From the human T2T-CHM13v2.0 reference genome, Homo sapiens: DNA of 64,000 bases. The first letter of the stretch is position 1, and each line of letters begins with the position of its first letter. Where the stretch lies: the NCBI RefSeq assembly GCF_009914755.1, contig NC_060939.1; one strand, 5' to 3'. A model generated the notes under the pieces. It worked only from the letters and a program-made list of their open reading frames with translations, had not been told where the DNA came from and made no database searches. This document shows, one piece after another, positions 14,181-26,585 of this stretch. A program made the translations under genes and the position numbers.

Positions 14181-14434
14181 TTATGAAGGACCAGGGCTGA
14201 GCAGGCTGTTCGCAGACCTCAGAGTCAAGAGTCCCATAGGTGACTCAGAGAGGTTGAGGAGGAGGATGTCAGTATAAAGTATTAGAACTGCAGAACCTGA
14301 GCAATCAGCTAGTCCAGTTCTCCCTTTTTGGGGTGAAGAAGCAGAGGTTTAGAAAGGGAAAATGATTTTTTCAAGGTCACAGGATGAACCAGGGCTGAGC
14401 CTAGAATAGTTCTCTTAAGTCTAGGGCTGTTTCT

Positions 14435-14755
14435 TTCTTTTCTTTCTTTCTTTTTTCTTTTTTTTTTTTGAGATAGAGTCTAGCTCTGTCACCCAGGCTG
14501 GAGTCATGCAGTGGTGCAGTCTCAATTCACTGCAATCTCTGCCTCCTGGGTTCAAGCGATTCTCCTGCCTCAGCCTTCTGAGTTGCTGGGATTACAGGTG
14601 CGCACCACCACGGCTGGCTAATTTTTGTATTTTTAGTGGAGACAGGGTTTCACCATATTGGCCAGGCTGGTCTCAAACTCCTGATGTCAAGTGATCTGCC
14701 TGCCTTGGCCTCCCAAAGTGCTGGGATTACAGTCGTGAGTCACCACGCCTGGCCC
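14435..14755 (-). mobile_element. AluS
   Basis: Antisense Alu; TSD agggctgtttct at 14423-14434 and 14756-14767. Confidence 0.95.
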
Positions 14756-15899
14756 AGGGCTGTTTCTATCAGAGCATCTGAGCTGAACCACAGTCCTAGA
14801 CATCCCCATGTGCTTGTCTTTTCCCTGCCATGTGCCAGTGAGTTATGGAGGTTTTCCTTATTTGTCATGTTTTTCTTAGGTCTCATGAAAGCAAATTTTC
14901 TATCCTTAGGGGTGGCTGAATGGAGGGTGGGGAGGAGAAGATGGCCTAGGATAAGCCAGTGAAGCCTGAGAGTTGCCTTATCTGCCAAGCAACCCAACAG
15001 CACCAGGAGAAAGAGCAGCCGTGGTGGCCACAGACTGTTGTAACAGGCTCCCAAACCAGCACCCCACTTCGAGTCCCCTCCCTCACCCCACCTCTGCCCA
15101 CCCCAGAATGGTCTTTCCAAATGACTAATCTGGTGAGGTCACTGCCCTGCCAAGAGCCTCTCCATGGCTTCTTTGTAAATCAAGGTTCAAGTCCAGGTGC
15201 ATGACGGCCTGGCATTCAAAGCCCTCAGTGCTCAGGCCCAGCCTTCCCACTGCCCAGTCCCTCCATTCACCCCTTCATGCCCAGGTTCCTGGAAGCCCCT
15301 GCTTTCCTGTGCCTTAAACTTCACCAAAGCTACTCCTCCTGCTCCTGCACCCACAGTCCTGCTCCACTCTGTCCCATGCTAGACCTCCGACAAGGCAAGT
15401 CCATTTGATTTCCCTTATTATTCAGTTATCTTGGCCATGACTCAAATTTCTCATATGGAAAAGGGGGTAGGCTGAGGAACTTTTCCAGTGGTGATTTCTC
15501 TGATATTTCCACTTGCAAAAGGGTGACTCAATATCTTGGAGCTGAGGGAGAGAGCTAAAAAGTCAGAGAAACAACCCAAACACCTGTAAAACGGACATAC
15601 CAATCCATGTCCTGCCCCACATTGAAAGCTGGAATGAAAGTAAAGATAATAGCCGTAAAAGTGCTTAGGATCACCCCTGAGCTCTTAAGTCCTCCCCCTA
15701 GACCTTGTTTTCCTCATTTGTTACATGAAGGGATTGAAAAAGGAGGTCTCTAGGAACTCTTCTGTCTCTGACATAACTTTCTGGATGAAGGGTCTTAACA
15801 ACCATACACATGACCCCTGGGGAGAAAGAGAGGGAGGATAATTCAACCAGGGAGGGGCACAGAGGGGGGGCTTCAAGTATTTTTGTAATATTTTCTTAA

Positions 15900-16016
15900 A
15901 AAGAATCTGGGGCAAATATAGTGAATATTAATATTTGTTCAGTCTGAGTGGTGGGTGTTTTTCATGTTATTTTCTCTATTTTCCTGTATGTCACAAATAT
16001 TTAATAATTTTAAAAA
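15900..16016 (+). mobile_element. Old L1M 3' end fragment
   Basis: AT-rich 'ggcaaatat..tctgagtggtggg..ttattttctctattttcctgtatgt' typical of L1ME tails. Confidence 0.55.
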
Positions 16017-16129
16017 GAATTTGGTGAACCTCTTCTCAACAGCCACCATTCCCTGACTTCCTGCACTTACGGAGATGCTGTCTCTAAGTGCAAACTATGG
16101 ATCAACAGAAAGGACTGAATTTGGGGGTG

Positions 16130-16255
16130 GTAAGAGCCCCACTGCAAAAGGTATTCAAGCAGAGGCCAGATAGGCACTCAATATTGTGGGAGTGAATTCT
16201 ACAGTGGGTGAAGGTTGGACTCTGTGACCTGAGAGGACCTTTCCAATTCTCAAGC
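16130..16255 (+). mobile_element. L3/CR1 3' end
   Basis: 'gtattcaagcagaggc..ggttggact..tgacct..cctttccaattct'. Confidence 0.6.
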
Positions 16256-16393
16256 CTCACAACACCCAGGGCTAGCGTATTTCTGCAGGCAATGGGACCC
16301 GGTGTGCTGTCCTTGGTGCTGAATTCCACCCCAATGAAATTTTGAACACAGACCTTGGAAACTAGAATAATAATCTTGTTACTATAAGACACA

Positions 16394-16570
16394 AATTAAG
16401 CCAGGCATGGTGGCACATGCCTGTAGCCCCAGCTACTTGGGAGGCTGAAGCAGGTGGATCGCTTGAGCCCAGGAGTTCGAGGTTGCAGTGTGCTATGATC
16501 ATGCCTGTGAATGGCCTCTGCTCTCCATCTGGGGCAACATAGGGAGACTCCATCTCTTAAAAAAGAAAAA
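16394..16570 (+). mobile_element. Alu right monomer (FRAM or truncated AluJ)
   Basis: Single arm 'aattaagccaggcatggtggcacatgcctgtag..' plus A tail. Confidence 0.9.
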
Positions 16571-18926
16571 CAGATACAAATTAATGGTTTAATTTCCAGG
16601 ATATCCTGGTGATCGAAATGACAGGAGGGGATTCTGGCATTTGTTCTCCTGAAACTTCTTCTCCCACCTCCACTTTCTGCTAGTCGGTGCTTGTTCTTTC
16701 ACAGCCTTAAACTGAAAAATACAGAACTGGGAGCCAGAAGCTCAGAATTGAGTTCAGGTTCAGTCACTGATAGCCTTTGTGACCCAGAGCAAATCCCTTA
16801 CAACAGTGAGTCTCTGATTCTTCATCTGCCAAGTGGAGATCATTTTACCAGGTGATAGAATGCTTGAAAACATGCTTGTGAAAACACTTAAGTGCAATAC
16901 TATAATTAGAAATTGGCAATACTCTTATGATTCGTGCTCCAGTAAGTATGCAGTGGAACGATCTCTCAAGGTGGGAAGCAAAAAAGGCAGGAGTGTGGAG
17001 GCTTGAGTTAAGCTGGAAGAATCCTTGAGAAAGTTTTAAGAAAAATGGTCCAGTTGGCTTCCCTGTGGGTAAACAAAAACCTTTTCAGATGGTGGCTGGT
17101 GACATTTGCAAGCATCACGGACTTTCAGAGTGGAGGTGGGCAGTGACATATCTTAGGTGGGAAGGATGATGTCACAGCGTTCATACTCATTGAGCTGAGG
17201 GACAGTGTCATCGTGTCCAGGAAATGGGGTCCACCAGGGATGGTATAAAGTGCTAGCAGGCTGAGTGTCAGAACCCACACTCTAGCCCTGGCTCAGCCAC
17301 TAACATGTACACGCAGTGAAGAGTAGCCGGGCTCAAGTGCAACTTACCCACTGACTAGCTGTGGAAAGTCATTTCACTTCTCCAACCCTCAGTTTTCTCT
17401 AGGGGGAAGTGAGTTTACTAAAATCGATCCACCGAAATGGCTGTAAGAGTAAAACTGAATCAGATGACAAAGGGCTTGTTAACCAGAGGCGCTGTACGAT
17501 GTTTGGTATTTAATCTTTCTAAGCCTCAGTATTCATCATCTGCAAAATGGAGACAATAAGACCTGACCTCATAGAGAGATAAATGGGATAAAGATAAGAT
17601 GAGTCACACATACACCCTATTTGTTGTTGCTGTGAAGGAAGAGGAGAGGCAGGCTGGGACTGGGGAGAGATGGGAATCAGGAGCCCGGGGCTCTGGCTGC
17701 TGTTCTAACACAGGGTCTCTAGAATGAAGAATGGGACTCAGTCCCTGCCAGCTCTAATGTTTTATGCACCTAGGCACCAGGCTTCTCCCTGAGTTCCCTG
17801 AGCCTGCAGAGCTAAAGCAGTGCTGGCCTAGAGCCCTCTGAGGGGGATGAGGAGAAGCCAAACCATTCCATTTTCATTTAATCTCTGCTTGGCAGGGCCA
17901 AGCATCAAGGTCTGGAGAGTAAACAAACTTTCTCCTTCCCCCATTCTCCACATGTGGCTGAGCTCTAAGGGCATGACTTATACATGGTGGGCCCAGGGAT
18001 TCCAGACAGAGACTCCTAGGGCTGTGAATTCCAAATCCTGCTGTTGTGTTGAGCTCCCTGCTCTGGCCTGGCTCTCTCTCTGCTGCTGGCATCCTCGACA
18101 GGAAAATTAATTGCTGCTGTCATTCTGCTTTTTGTTCCAGTCTATATCCCAGGAATAAGAGATCCGAATGACATTAAATAACCTGTATATAAAAGCCCTT
18201 TCTAAAGAGCAGAGCAGTGAACATGGAGAGGTGGGCTTTATGGCTGGGAGACAGCCAAGGGCAGCTCCCTGCTGGCAGCCCCTCCAGTCTCCAAGAAAGG
18301 GAAGCGTGCACATGTGGACACATAATGGGAGGGAGACCTTCATGCTTTCCCTTGGAAGCAGAGGAAATTGAGCCCACTGATCCAATATTGCAAACAAACA
18401 CAAGCCCCCTCCCTCTCCCTCACCCAGGGGTTTACCTCACCACATTCTTTCTATTAGCCTGGTTCGAATTCTTCCCCTCTTGGCTCAGTGGCTAACAGCA
18501 AGGCTAATTCAGGTTCGGATTCAGCGGCTGCACGCTGTTGACCTGCCTGGGGCTGAGGGTCCACCGTGCCAGCACTGAGTATGCTAACTTAGGAAGACTC
18601 ATAGGTCAGCACACGTGAGTCACCAGGCACTTTGGCTAGCCCTGGCTACTACCTTATGTTGACGGCAGCGTTTACATGCATCACTAGCAGCATGAGGCTT
18701 ATGCAATGTTTAGCCTTAAGCAACAGCCAAGCCCATACTTGGGACAAACTCAGGAAAATAAAGTCACACATTTATACCACATAGCATATTCCAGAGGCAA
18801 GTGAAATGGCTCCCCCTCAATTCAAATATTTTGATTCCCTGCTAGGTTCTCCTTGTCAGGGAAAAGTTGAATAATTTCCCTGTGTGCATGCTAGGGTAAA
18901 CATCAAACAAAAGAAATGATGGCCCA

Positions 18927-19233
18927 GGCTGGGTGTGGTGGCTCACGCCTGTAATCCTAGTACCCTGGGAGGCTGAGGTGGGTGGATCACTTGAGACTAG
19001 GAGTTCAAGACCAGCCTAGGAAACATGGAAAAACCTTATCTTTACAAAAAATACAAAAATTAGCCAAGCATGGTGGTACGTGCTGGTGGTCCCAGCTACT
19101 ACTCCAGAAGCTGAGGAGAAAGGATGGCTTGAGTCTGGAGGCAGAAGCTGCAGTGAGCTGAGATTGTGCCACTGCACTCCAGCCTGGGCAACAGAGGTGG
19201 ACCCTGTCTCAAGAAAAGAAAAGAAAAGAAAAG
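18927..19233 (+). mobile_element. Alu (S/J)
   Basis: Full dimer with (AAAAG)n tail. Confidence 0.95.
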
Positions 19234-19847
19234 AAGGCACAGAGGGCACATTCTCATTACCCCTTCACCCAGTCAGTGACTATTTACTGAGCATCTACTA
19301 AGTGCCTAGCACTTATTTAGGCACTGTGCTGCTAGGGGGCAGTGGTGGGCAAGGGTTGGGTATTGGAAAGAAGCATCAATATAAACACAGATCAAGCACA
19401 GTCCCTGGCTGCATGGAGCTGTGGCATGGTTGTCAGGGTTTCAGGCCCTCTCTGCAGCACCACCTCCTGCCTCTTCCAAGGAGGATGTATGGGACAGTGA
19501 AGTGTCCACTATGCAGACCAAGAGCCCAGGGGAAACACAGGGTCATCAACTCAGAGGCTGTTGAGGTAACAGGAACCACACACTTCACTGTGGCCTGTGG
19601 TTTTCAACAATGTTTTTTAAAATCAGGGAACCCTGTCTTCTAGTGAAACCATAGAAAGAACCACAAATACAAGATATACAAAGGTAGAGATGTTGTAGTT
19701 GAAGCAGAGATAGGAGTCAGGAAGGGGTCCCTGAGTCCTACCCTCTTGGCCCTTCCTTCAACCCTTTTTCTAAGCACTAGGGGAAAACCATCAATTTTCC
19801 CAGCGTCACTTGAGCACTGTGCTAAGTACTAAGTCATTCACGATGAA

Positions 19848-19860
19848 ACACACATGCACA

Positions 19861-19898
<38 letters not shown>

Positions 19899-19904
19899 CA
19901 CACA
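19848..19904. repeat. (CA)n microsatellite, interrupted
   Basis: Direct dinucleotide run. Confidence 0.95.
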
Positions 19905-19998
19905 AAATTACAGCCTAGTCTAACTCCCTTCTTTTAAAGATGAGGATGCTTCTGCCCCTCAGGAGGGACAGTGACTTGCCCACCGTAAAAGAGTTATA

Positions 19999-20295
19999 GG
20001 GCATGGTGGTTCATGCCTATAATCCCAGTACTTTGGGAGGCAAAAGTGGGAGGATTGCTTGAGCCCAAGAGTTCCAGACCAGCCTTGGCAATATAGTGAG
20101 GCCCTATCTCTACAAAAATTTTTAAAACTAGCCAGGCATGGTGGCATGTGCCTGTGGTCCTGGCTACTCAGGAGGCTGAGGTGGGAGGACTGTCTGAGCC
20201 CAGGAGTTCAAGATTGAAGTGAACCATGATTGTGCCCCTGCGCTCCAGCTTGGACAACAGAACAAGACTCTGTCTCTTAGAAAAAAAAAAAAAAA
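19999..20295 (+). mobile_element. AluJ inserted in a MIR
   Basis: Dimer plus poly-A; MIR-like sequence on both sides. Confidence 0.95.
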
Positions 20296-20963
20296 TAGTT
20301 AAAGGGGCTATAAACTAGTTGCCTGGAATACCAGGCCAGGGCTCCTTCTTCTATACCATTCTGCCTCTATCTTACAACAGCTCCTCTTCTAGGACCCACA
20401 AAATAGCAAAACCTAAATTTCTGTTCCAGCCTGCCTGCCAGGTGAGCTGGAGGCTGCTGAAAAGGACAGCAATGTAACCAGAACTTCATAAAAGCTTTTC
20501 ACTCTTACATTCTAGGAGGAAATCCCTGGTTCGTTGGAGTCTGTCTACTTATGGTCTTAATTACTTGCATGTACAAGATCTTGCAATCTGTGCCTGGGGA
20601 CTCTTTGAATTGCAGATTAATATTCAACTAGCTGGAACGATCTTCAGAAGGAGGCTTGTGGTAATTAAGTTGGTTAGAGAACACGTTAACCTAAGTTGTT
20701 TTTTTTTTTTTTTTTTAAATAGCACATGAGTGCTATAAATTACCAGTAGAGGAAAGACCAGTCCCTTAACAGTACTTCTTGGGAGTCATGGGGGTGGGGA
20801 GGGTGCAGGGGAATGCATGTCATTCTGGGAAGAGGAAGTGTCCTTGGGGATGCTTCCTAGTGGCTGGGAGGCTCTGTTAGGCTGACTCACATCTATGACT
20901 CAAGACTTTATTTTCCCCAAGACCCAGTGACCCCTTCCTGGGAGGATAGGTGTCTTAGGGTGA

Positions 20964-21347
<384 letters not shown>

Positions 21348-21527
21348 CACATATGGTTTCTAAAGAAAAGGTGGGTAGGGGGAAGAAGGCTTGAATGACT
21401 TTGTCCAAAGCTGTAGGTATTTCAGAAAATATTTTTTAGTACCAGTGCAGAATAATCTTCATATTTTGGATGAGGTGCTCTTAGTGTGGTGTTGTATATG
21501 ACAAACCAGCATAATCCAATAGAGAAT

Positions 21528-22047
21528 GGGTGTCCAGTGTTTTGGCTTCCCAGGGCCACATTGGAAGAATTGTCTTGGGCCACACATAAAACACACTAAT
21601 AACAGCTGATTAGCTAAAAAAAAAAAAAAAAGTGCAAAAAAACTCATAATTTCTTTTTTTTTTTTTGAGACAGTCTCACTCTATTACCCAGGCTGGAATG
21701 CAGTAGCATGATCTCGGCTCACTGCAACCTCCGCCTCCTGGATTCAAGCAATTCTCATGCCTCAGCCTCCTGAGTAGCTGGGATTACAGATGTGCACCAC
21801 CATGCCATGCTAATTTTTGTATTTTTAGTAAAGATGGGGTTTCACCATGTTGGCCAGGCTGGTCTCGAACTCCTGGCCTCAAGTGATCTACCTGCCTTGG
21901 CCTGCCAAAGTGCTGGGATTACAGGCATGACTCACCGCACCCAGCAAAATCTCATAATGTTTTAAGAAGGTATATGAATTTGTGTTGGGTCACATTCAAA
22001 GCCATCCTGGGCTGCATGCGGCCCATGGACTGCAGGTTGGACAGCTC
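21528..22047. mobile_element. MER30 split by an Alu
   Basis: 'gggccacattggaagaattgtcttgggccacacataaaa' and 'cacattcaaagcc.tcctgggctgcatgcggccc..ggttggaca'. Confidence 0.85.
21652..21945 (-). mobile_element. AluS inside MER30
   Basis: Antisense Alu with 'ctcataat' on both sides. Confidence 0.95.
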
Positions 22048-23204
22048 TATTGAATAGAGTGCAGGGTTTGTCACAAGTGATTTGCTACTAACGTAGTTCC
22101 AAGCTGGCGAATAATTTATTTCTCATACTAAATAACAGAGTGTCAATGTTGGACGTGCATGATAACTTCCCTCTCTATCACTTGCATGTCTAGATGTTTT
22201 CTTAAATGGGAAAGAAAACATGGGGTTCCACCACTAGGAGCCACTGAAATGCCTATGACCCACAGCCAACTTAACTGGGCTCCAGTCCATGTGGGCAGCA
22301 TGTGGAATGAGGATTGAGAAAACCACTTTCAAGCATGGTCAGAAAGTCCACTCTTGACAAGTGGGAAGCCATCATTGGGTGTGGCAGTGGGGAGAGGGGC
22401 ACAGGTGCTGGGAGGGAATTGCCCAGCTAGAGCACTGGGGACAATGGAGACTCTCTATGTGGCAGCCACACTCATTGGTACAATACAGGGTGTGTGTAAA
22501 GGGGGTCTGGCAGGAGCAGTCACAGGTGGTGACCATCCCAGAGCTGGTATAGAAATGCCAGGTGGGGCAGGAGCTGCTCTGACCCTCCAAGGGCTTTAGT
22601 CTCGGCACTCAGTTGAGGACAGATGTTCTCAGGGATTGTTGTGCCCACATGTGGCCACCGTAAGATTTCAGAGGATCCTGAGGGAGCAGTGAGGAGGGAG
22701 GGGACTGAGAAGGAAGGTGGTATGGGAGTGGGAGGCAGGTCAAAAGAGTTCTGGCCAGGGAACCAGGAGGCCTGGCTCCCTTCCTGGGTAAGCCATTGCC
22801 CAGCTATGGGACTTGGACTAAATCACTTCCTCCCTTCAGACCTCAGTGTCTTCATCTATAAAAACGACACTGGGACAAGAAAAAGCGAGATGCGGAAAGC
22901 TGTGTGTGGCCACCCACTTGTGAACATCGAGAAGTCAGAGGCAGAACAACCTCGGACTTGAGAGCCCTCATCTTCCCACACCCCAACTTCAGCAAGCCTC
23001 CAGTGACCCCAGACAAGTCACTCGGGCAAGTCGCGTAACTCCTCTGAGTGTTCCCTTCCCCATCTGAAGTGGATCCTAATAGCACCTGCTTCGGAGGGTT
23101 GTCATGAGGATCAGAAAAAACGATGCATGTAGCGCCCACAGTGCAAGCAGTGAGAATGGACCCCCAGGGAATTTAGCTATTATTATTATTATTATTATTA
23201 AACA

Positions 23205-23405
23205 ACTTAAATGGCCAACAATGGGGAACTGGTTAGGCAGATTATGGTATATCCAGAGAATACTATGCAGCCATTCAAAAAGATAATTTTGTGCAAATAA
23301 AGGAACAGTTATGCCATGATGTTGAGAGAAAAAAGAACACAATAGCACATAAATTATGTATGTATTATGGTAAGATGATGTATGCATGTGCATAAAGAAC
23401 GCAAA
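23205..23405 (+). mobile_element. Old L1M fragment
   Basis: 'aaacaacttaaatggccaacaatgggga..attatggtatatcca..gaatactatgcagccatt'. Confidence 0.75.
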
Positions 23406-23409
23406 ATAG

Positions 23410-23680
23410 GGCTGGATGAGGTGGCTGTAATCCCAATGCTGTGGGAGGCCAAGGTGGATCACTTGAGCCCAGAAGTTTGAAACCAGCCTGGGCAACATAG
23501 TGAGACCCCATCTCTTAAAAAAAAAAAATTAGCCAGGCGTGGTGGCACATACCTGTAGTCCCAGCTACTTGGGAGGCTAAGGAGGATTGCTTGAACCCAG
23601 GAATTTGAGACCAACCTGGGCAACATTGTGAAACCTGATCTCTACCAAAAACATTATAAACACAAAAAGAAGAAAGCAAA
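23410..23680 (+). mobile_element. AluJ-like, atypical second arm
   Basis: Left arm, A linker, then an arm ending with left-arm sequence 'gagaccaacctgggcaaca'. Confidence 0.85.
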
Positions 23681-23899
23681 ATAATGAGCAGAAATATATT
23701 TTCTCCTAAAATCCTTACTGTTTTTCATTAAAAAATGTAAGTATTGGGTGAAATGCTTCTTGAGGGCCTCCAGCTTGGGCATTTGGAGGCCCAGGGCTCT
23801 CCGCTCCCTAGTTAGTGGCAGGTGCTGGAGCTAGGCTCTTGTGGTGTGGGGGAGTCTGGGACTCATGTGGGATGACAGACCCCAAAGCTAGAGCCAATG

Positions 23900-24165
23900 G
23901 GATGTCTTCAAGCGCCTGCCCATGCAATGTCAAAGCAGCCCAACTGACTCCTCCTTTGCTTAATTTGTGTCAATCGATTTCCTATTTTTAATTAATAATT
24001 CTAATTATGATGCAGCAAATTTACCCAGCGGCCACGACTGAATTAATTAGGTTCCATTGATTGGGCCTGTAGAGTTATCCCACAGTTTCTGACATTATCG
24101 ATTTCCTGTTGGGAACAAATAAGAAAACACAAGGAGGGCAGATGCAGCTGTCATCTCTGTGATGC
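23900..24165. promoter_or_regulatory. Candidate conserved developmental enhancer
   Basis: Repeat-free; several TAAT/TAATTA, two ATCGATTTCCT, TGATTG, CAGATG/CAGCTG, TGTCA. Function is inferred only. Confidence 0.5.
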
Positions 24166-25679
24166 CCACAAGCCCTAAACTGGGCCCTGAAGCACCTGCC
24201 CTCTGCTCCCTGCCTGCCAAAAGCCACAGCCATCAAGGCCACCAGGCAGCAGCGCTTCCCCTAGGAGCCCTGGGGAGGCCATCCCAGACTTTGCCAGCTT
24301 TCTCTAGGAAGCAGGGCCAGTGATGATGATGGGCCAGCCCCCGCACAGGGGTTCTGCAGTAAGGGCCAGCCAGCTGGACCGGGCTTAGTTTGGAACTCTG
24401 CTGCTGTATCAGTGGGTGGAGATTAACTTCCATCTCATTGTCCTTTTTGTAGTAAGAACCTTGGAGATTCTCCTCTTTCGCCTTGTCATTTTACAGATAA
24501 GGAAAGCAAGGCCCACAGAGGAGTGGGTCTTGACCAAGATAGCTCATGAGTCATTGCCCAGGTGGGGCTGGAACTCAAGTCTTTGTCCTCCATGCCCTTT
24601 CCCATCCACATGGAAGCTGAGCTGGAGGAGACTAGAGGGCAGCGGCAGAGTTCATCTTGTTCTCTGGCCTCCATCGTCAGTCAGGGAAGCATGTCAGTAC
24701 CCAAGTGGCCTTGGTGAGCCAGCCCTGTCTGCTCTTAGCCTCACCCTCCCACTCAGGCTCTGTGCTTGCTTTGCCATTATCCTCTGTCTGGGCCTTGAGA
24801 ATTCAGGCCTCCCACCCCCACCCCAGGTCTCCAGGCCCCACAACTGCTCTTGATATTAACATGGCAACTTATGTTGCACACCTGCAATCCTGAGTCCTTG
24901 GGGATACAGAAGGAGCCCCCATTTCCTGAGTGACTTCTCTGTGCTGGGCACCTGACATGCACATTCTAATCTAATCTCCACAACTCACTGAGGAACAGAT
25001 GTAGGAGGAATCTGAGGCTCAGAGAGATCAATTAACTTGCCATATCCCCACAGTGAATTGAGGCCAAAGATCTGAAGCTGGGCTGTCTTACTCCAACACC
25101 CATCATGATTCTTTTGAAGGAGAAAGAAAAGAAGGACACCCAAGGGCCGTATAATAGTGGGGACTGTATAGGAAGCATATAGTCTCATGACAATGCAGAG
25201 GGGACACCACATCAGTAAAGAGAAGAGTGAGACTTTGCACCTGGCAAAGGTGGGAAAGTATAGGGAATGAATAAGAGTAGTTCCAGTTGGATACAGGCTG
25301 ACTTAGGCAAGTGAAGGCAAAGAGAGACTGAGGCTGGAGGAGCAGTTAGGGGCCAGATCATAGAGGTCTTATCAATTTCAACAGGAGAATCTGAACTTCC
25401 TTTCTGGGGCCAGGAAAGTGACTGCAGGCTTTGAGCAGAGGAGGGCCATGGTTGGGGTGGTGGTTCTGGGACTGTGATCTGATTACAATGGGTTTGAGTG
25501 AGGAGAGGCCAGAGGAAACACAGAGGCCGTTAGAAGTTAGGCGATGGTCCAGGCACAAGCCAAGGAGACCTGGAACAAAGGCAGTAGTGATGGGGATCGT
25601 GAAGAGAGAAACATAAAAAGTTGAGTAGCACTGATAGCACCTGCAAGAGAGTAACTGTGGGGACTCCTAGACTTTGCCA

Positions 25680-25829
25680 TGTCTGTCACTGGATTAGGGC
25701 CCACACTAATCCAGTATGATCTAATTTTAACTTGATTACATCTGCAAATACCGTATTTCCAAATAAGGTCACATTCACAGGCTCCAGATGGACATTCATT
25801 TTCAGAGACACTATTCGATCCAGTATACA
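25680..25829 (-). mobile_element. MLT1 (MaLR) LTR fragment
   Basis: 'ggattagggccc..atccagtatga..gattacatctgcaaa..tatttccaaataaggtcacattcacagg'. Confidence 0.85.
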
Positions 25830-26375
25830 GGAGAATAATATATCTGCCCCTTAGGGTGGCTCCTTCCTAGGGCTAAACAAGATTTGGTTATGTCAAACAA
25901 TGACCTGGCTTCCATTGTTCCTCTTCCAGGCACTGGGTTTGCTCCAGAATTTCCAGCCAGAAAGCCTCAGAAAGACCACTTGTAAAAACAAATCTGGGAG
26001 GCAGAGTGATAGGCACGAAAAACCGCTTTGAGATTCCCAGGGTACCCCAGGAGGAGAGTGCTCATCATTCAACAAAGGTCCTGGGGAGGCAACTCCAGGG
26101 ACAAAGAGCACCCTACTCCCACCCCACCCCACCATTCCCCAACATGGAGATGCCACTTTCTGTGAGAGGCAAGAAAATTAAACTGCTGAGAACTCTCCGC
26201 TTTCATCATCATGGGCTTCCTGTTACCAGCACTGCACCTGTAGCAACTTGTAGCCAGTGACAAGGGATGAATTATGAGGTCAGACAGCCCTCCCCAGAGA
26301 AAATAACCACATAGAGATGTACGCTTCACAGTTGCACTTCCCTTGGAAGCTTCCTGTTGCCAGCTGTAACCTAGT

Positions 26376-26585
26376 CAGGGATGTGCTTGTACGCGCTCAA
26401 CAACCAGCTCTAGAGGAAAAAAAAAAGTCCTGATTTGTAGCATTTGCCAATTTCCATGGTGTAAATCGTCCCACCATGATTGCTTTCAAGCTTATCAACA
26501 TGACGTAACAAAACATGAAGTTGCAAAGAGATGTGCACACTTGACTCTCATGAGCTAGTGCAAGACAGCACCACAACAGCACGGC
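26376..26585 (-). mobile_element. MER63A
   Basis: 'cctgatttgtagcatttgccaatttccatggtgtaaa..tcccaccatg..tttcaagc'. Confidence 0.8.
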
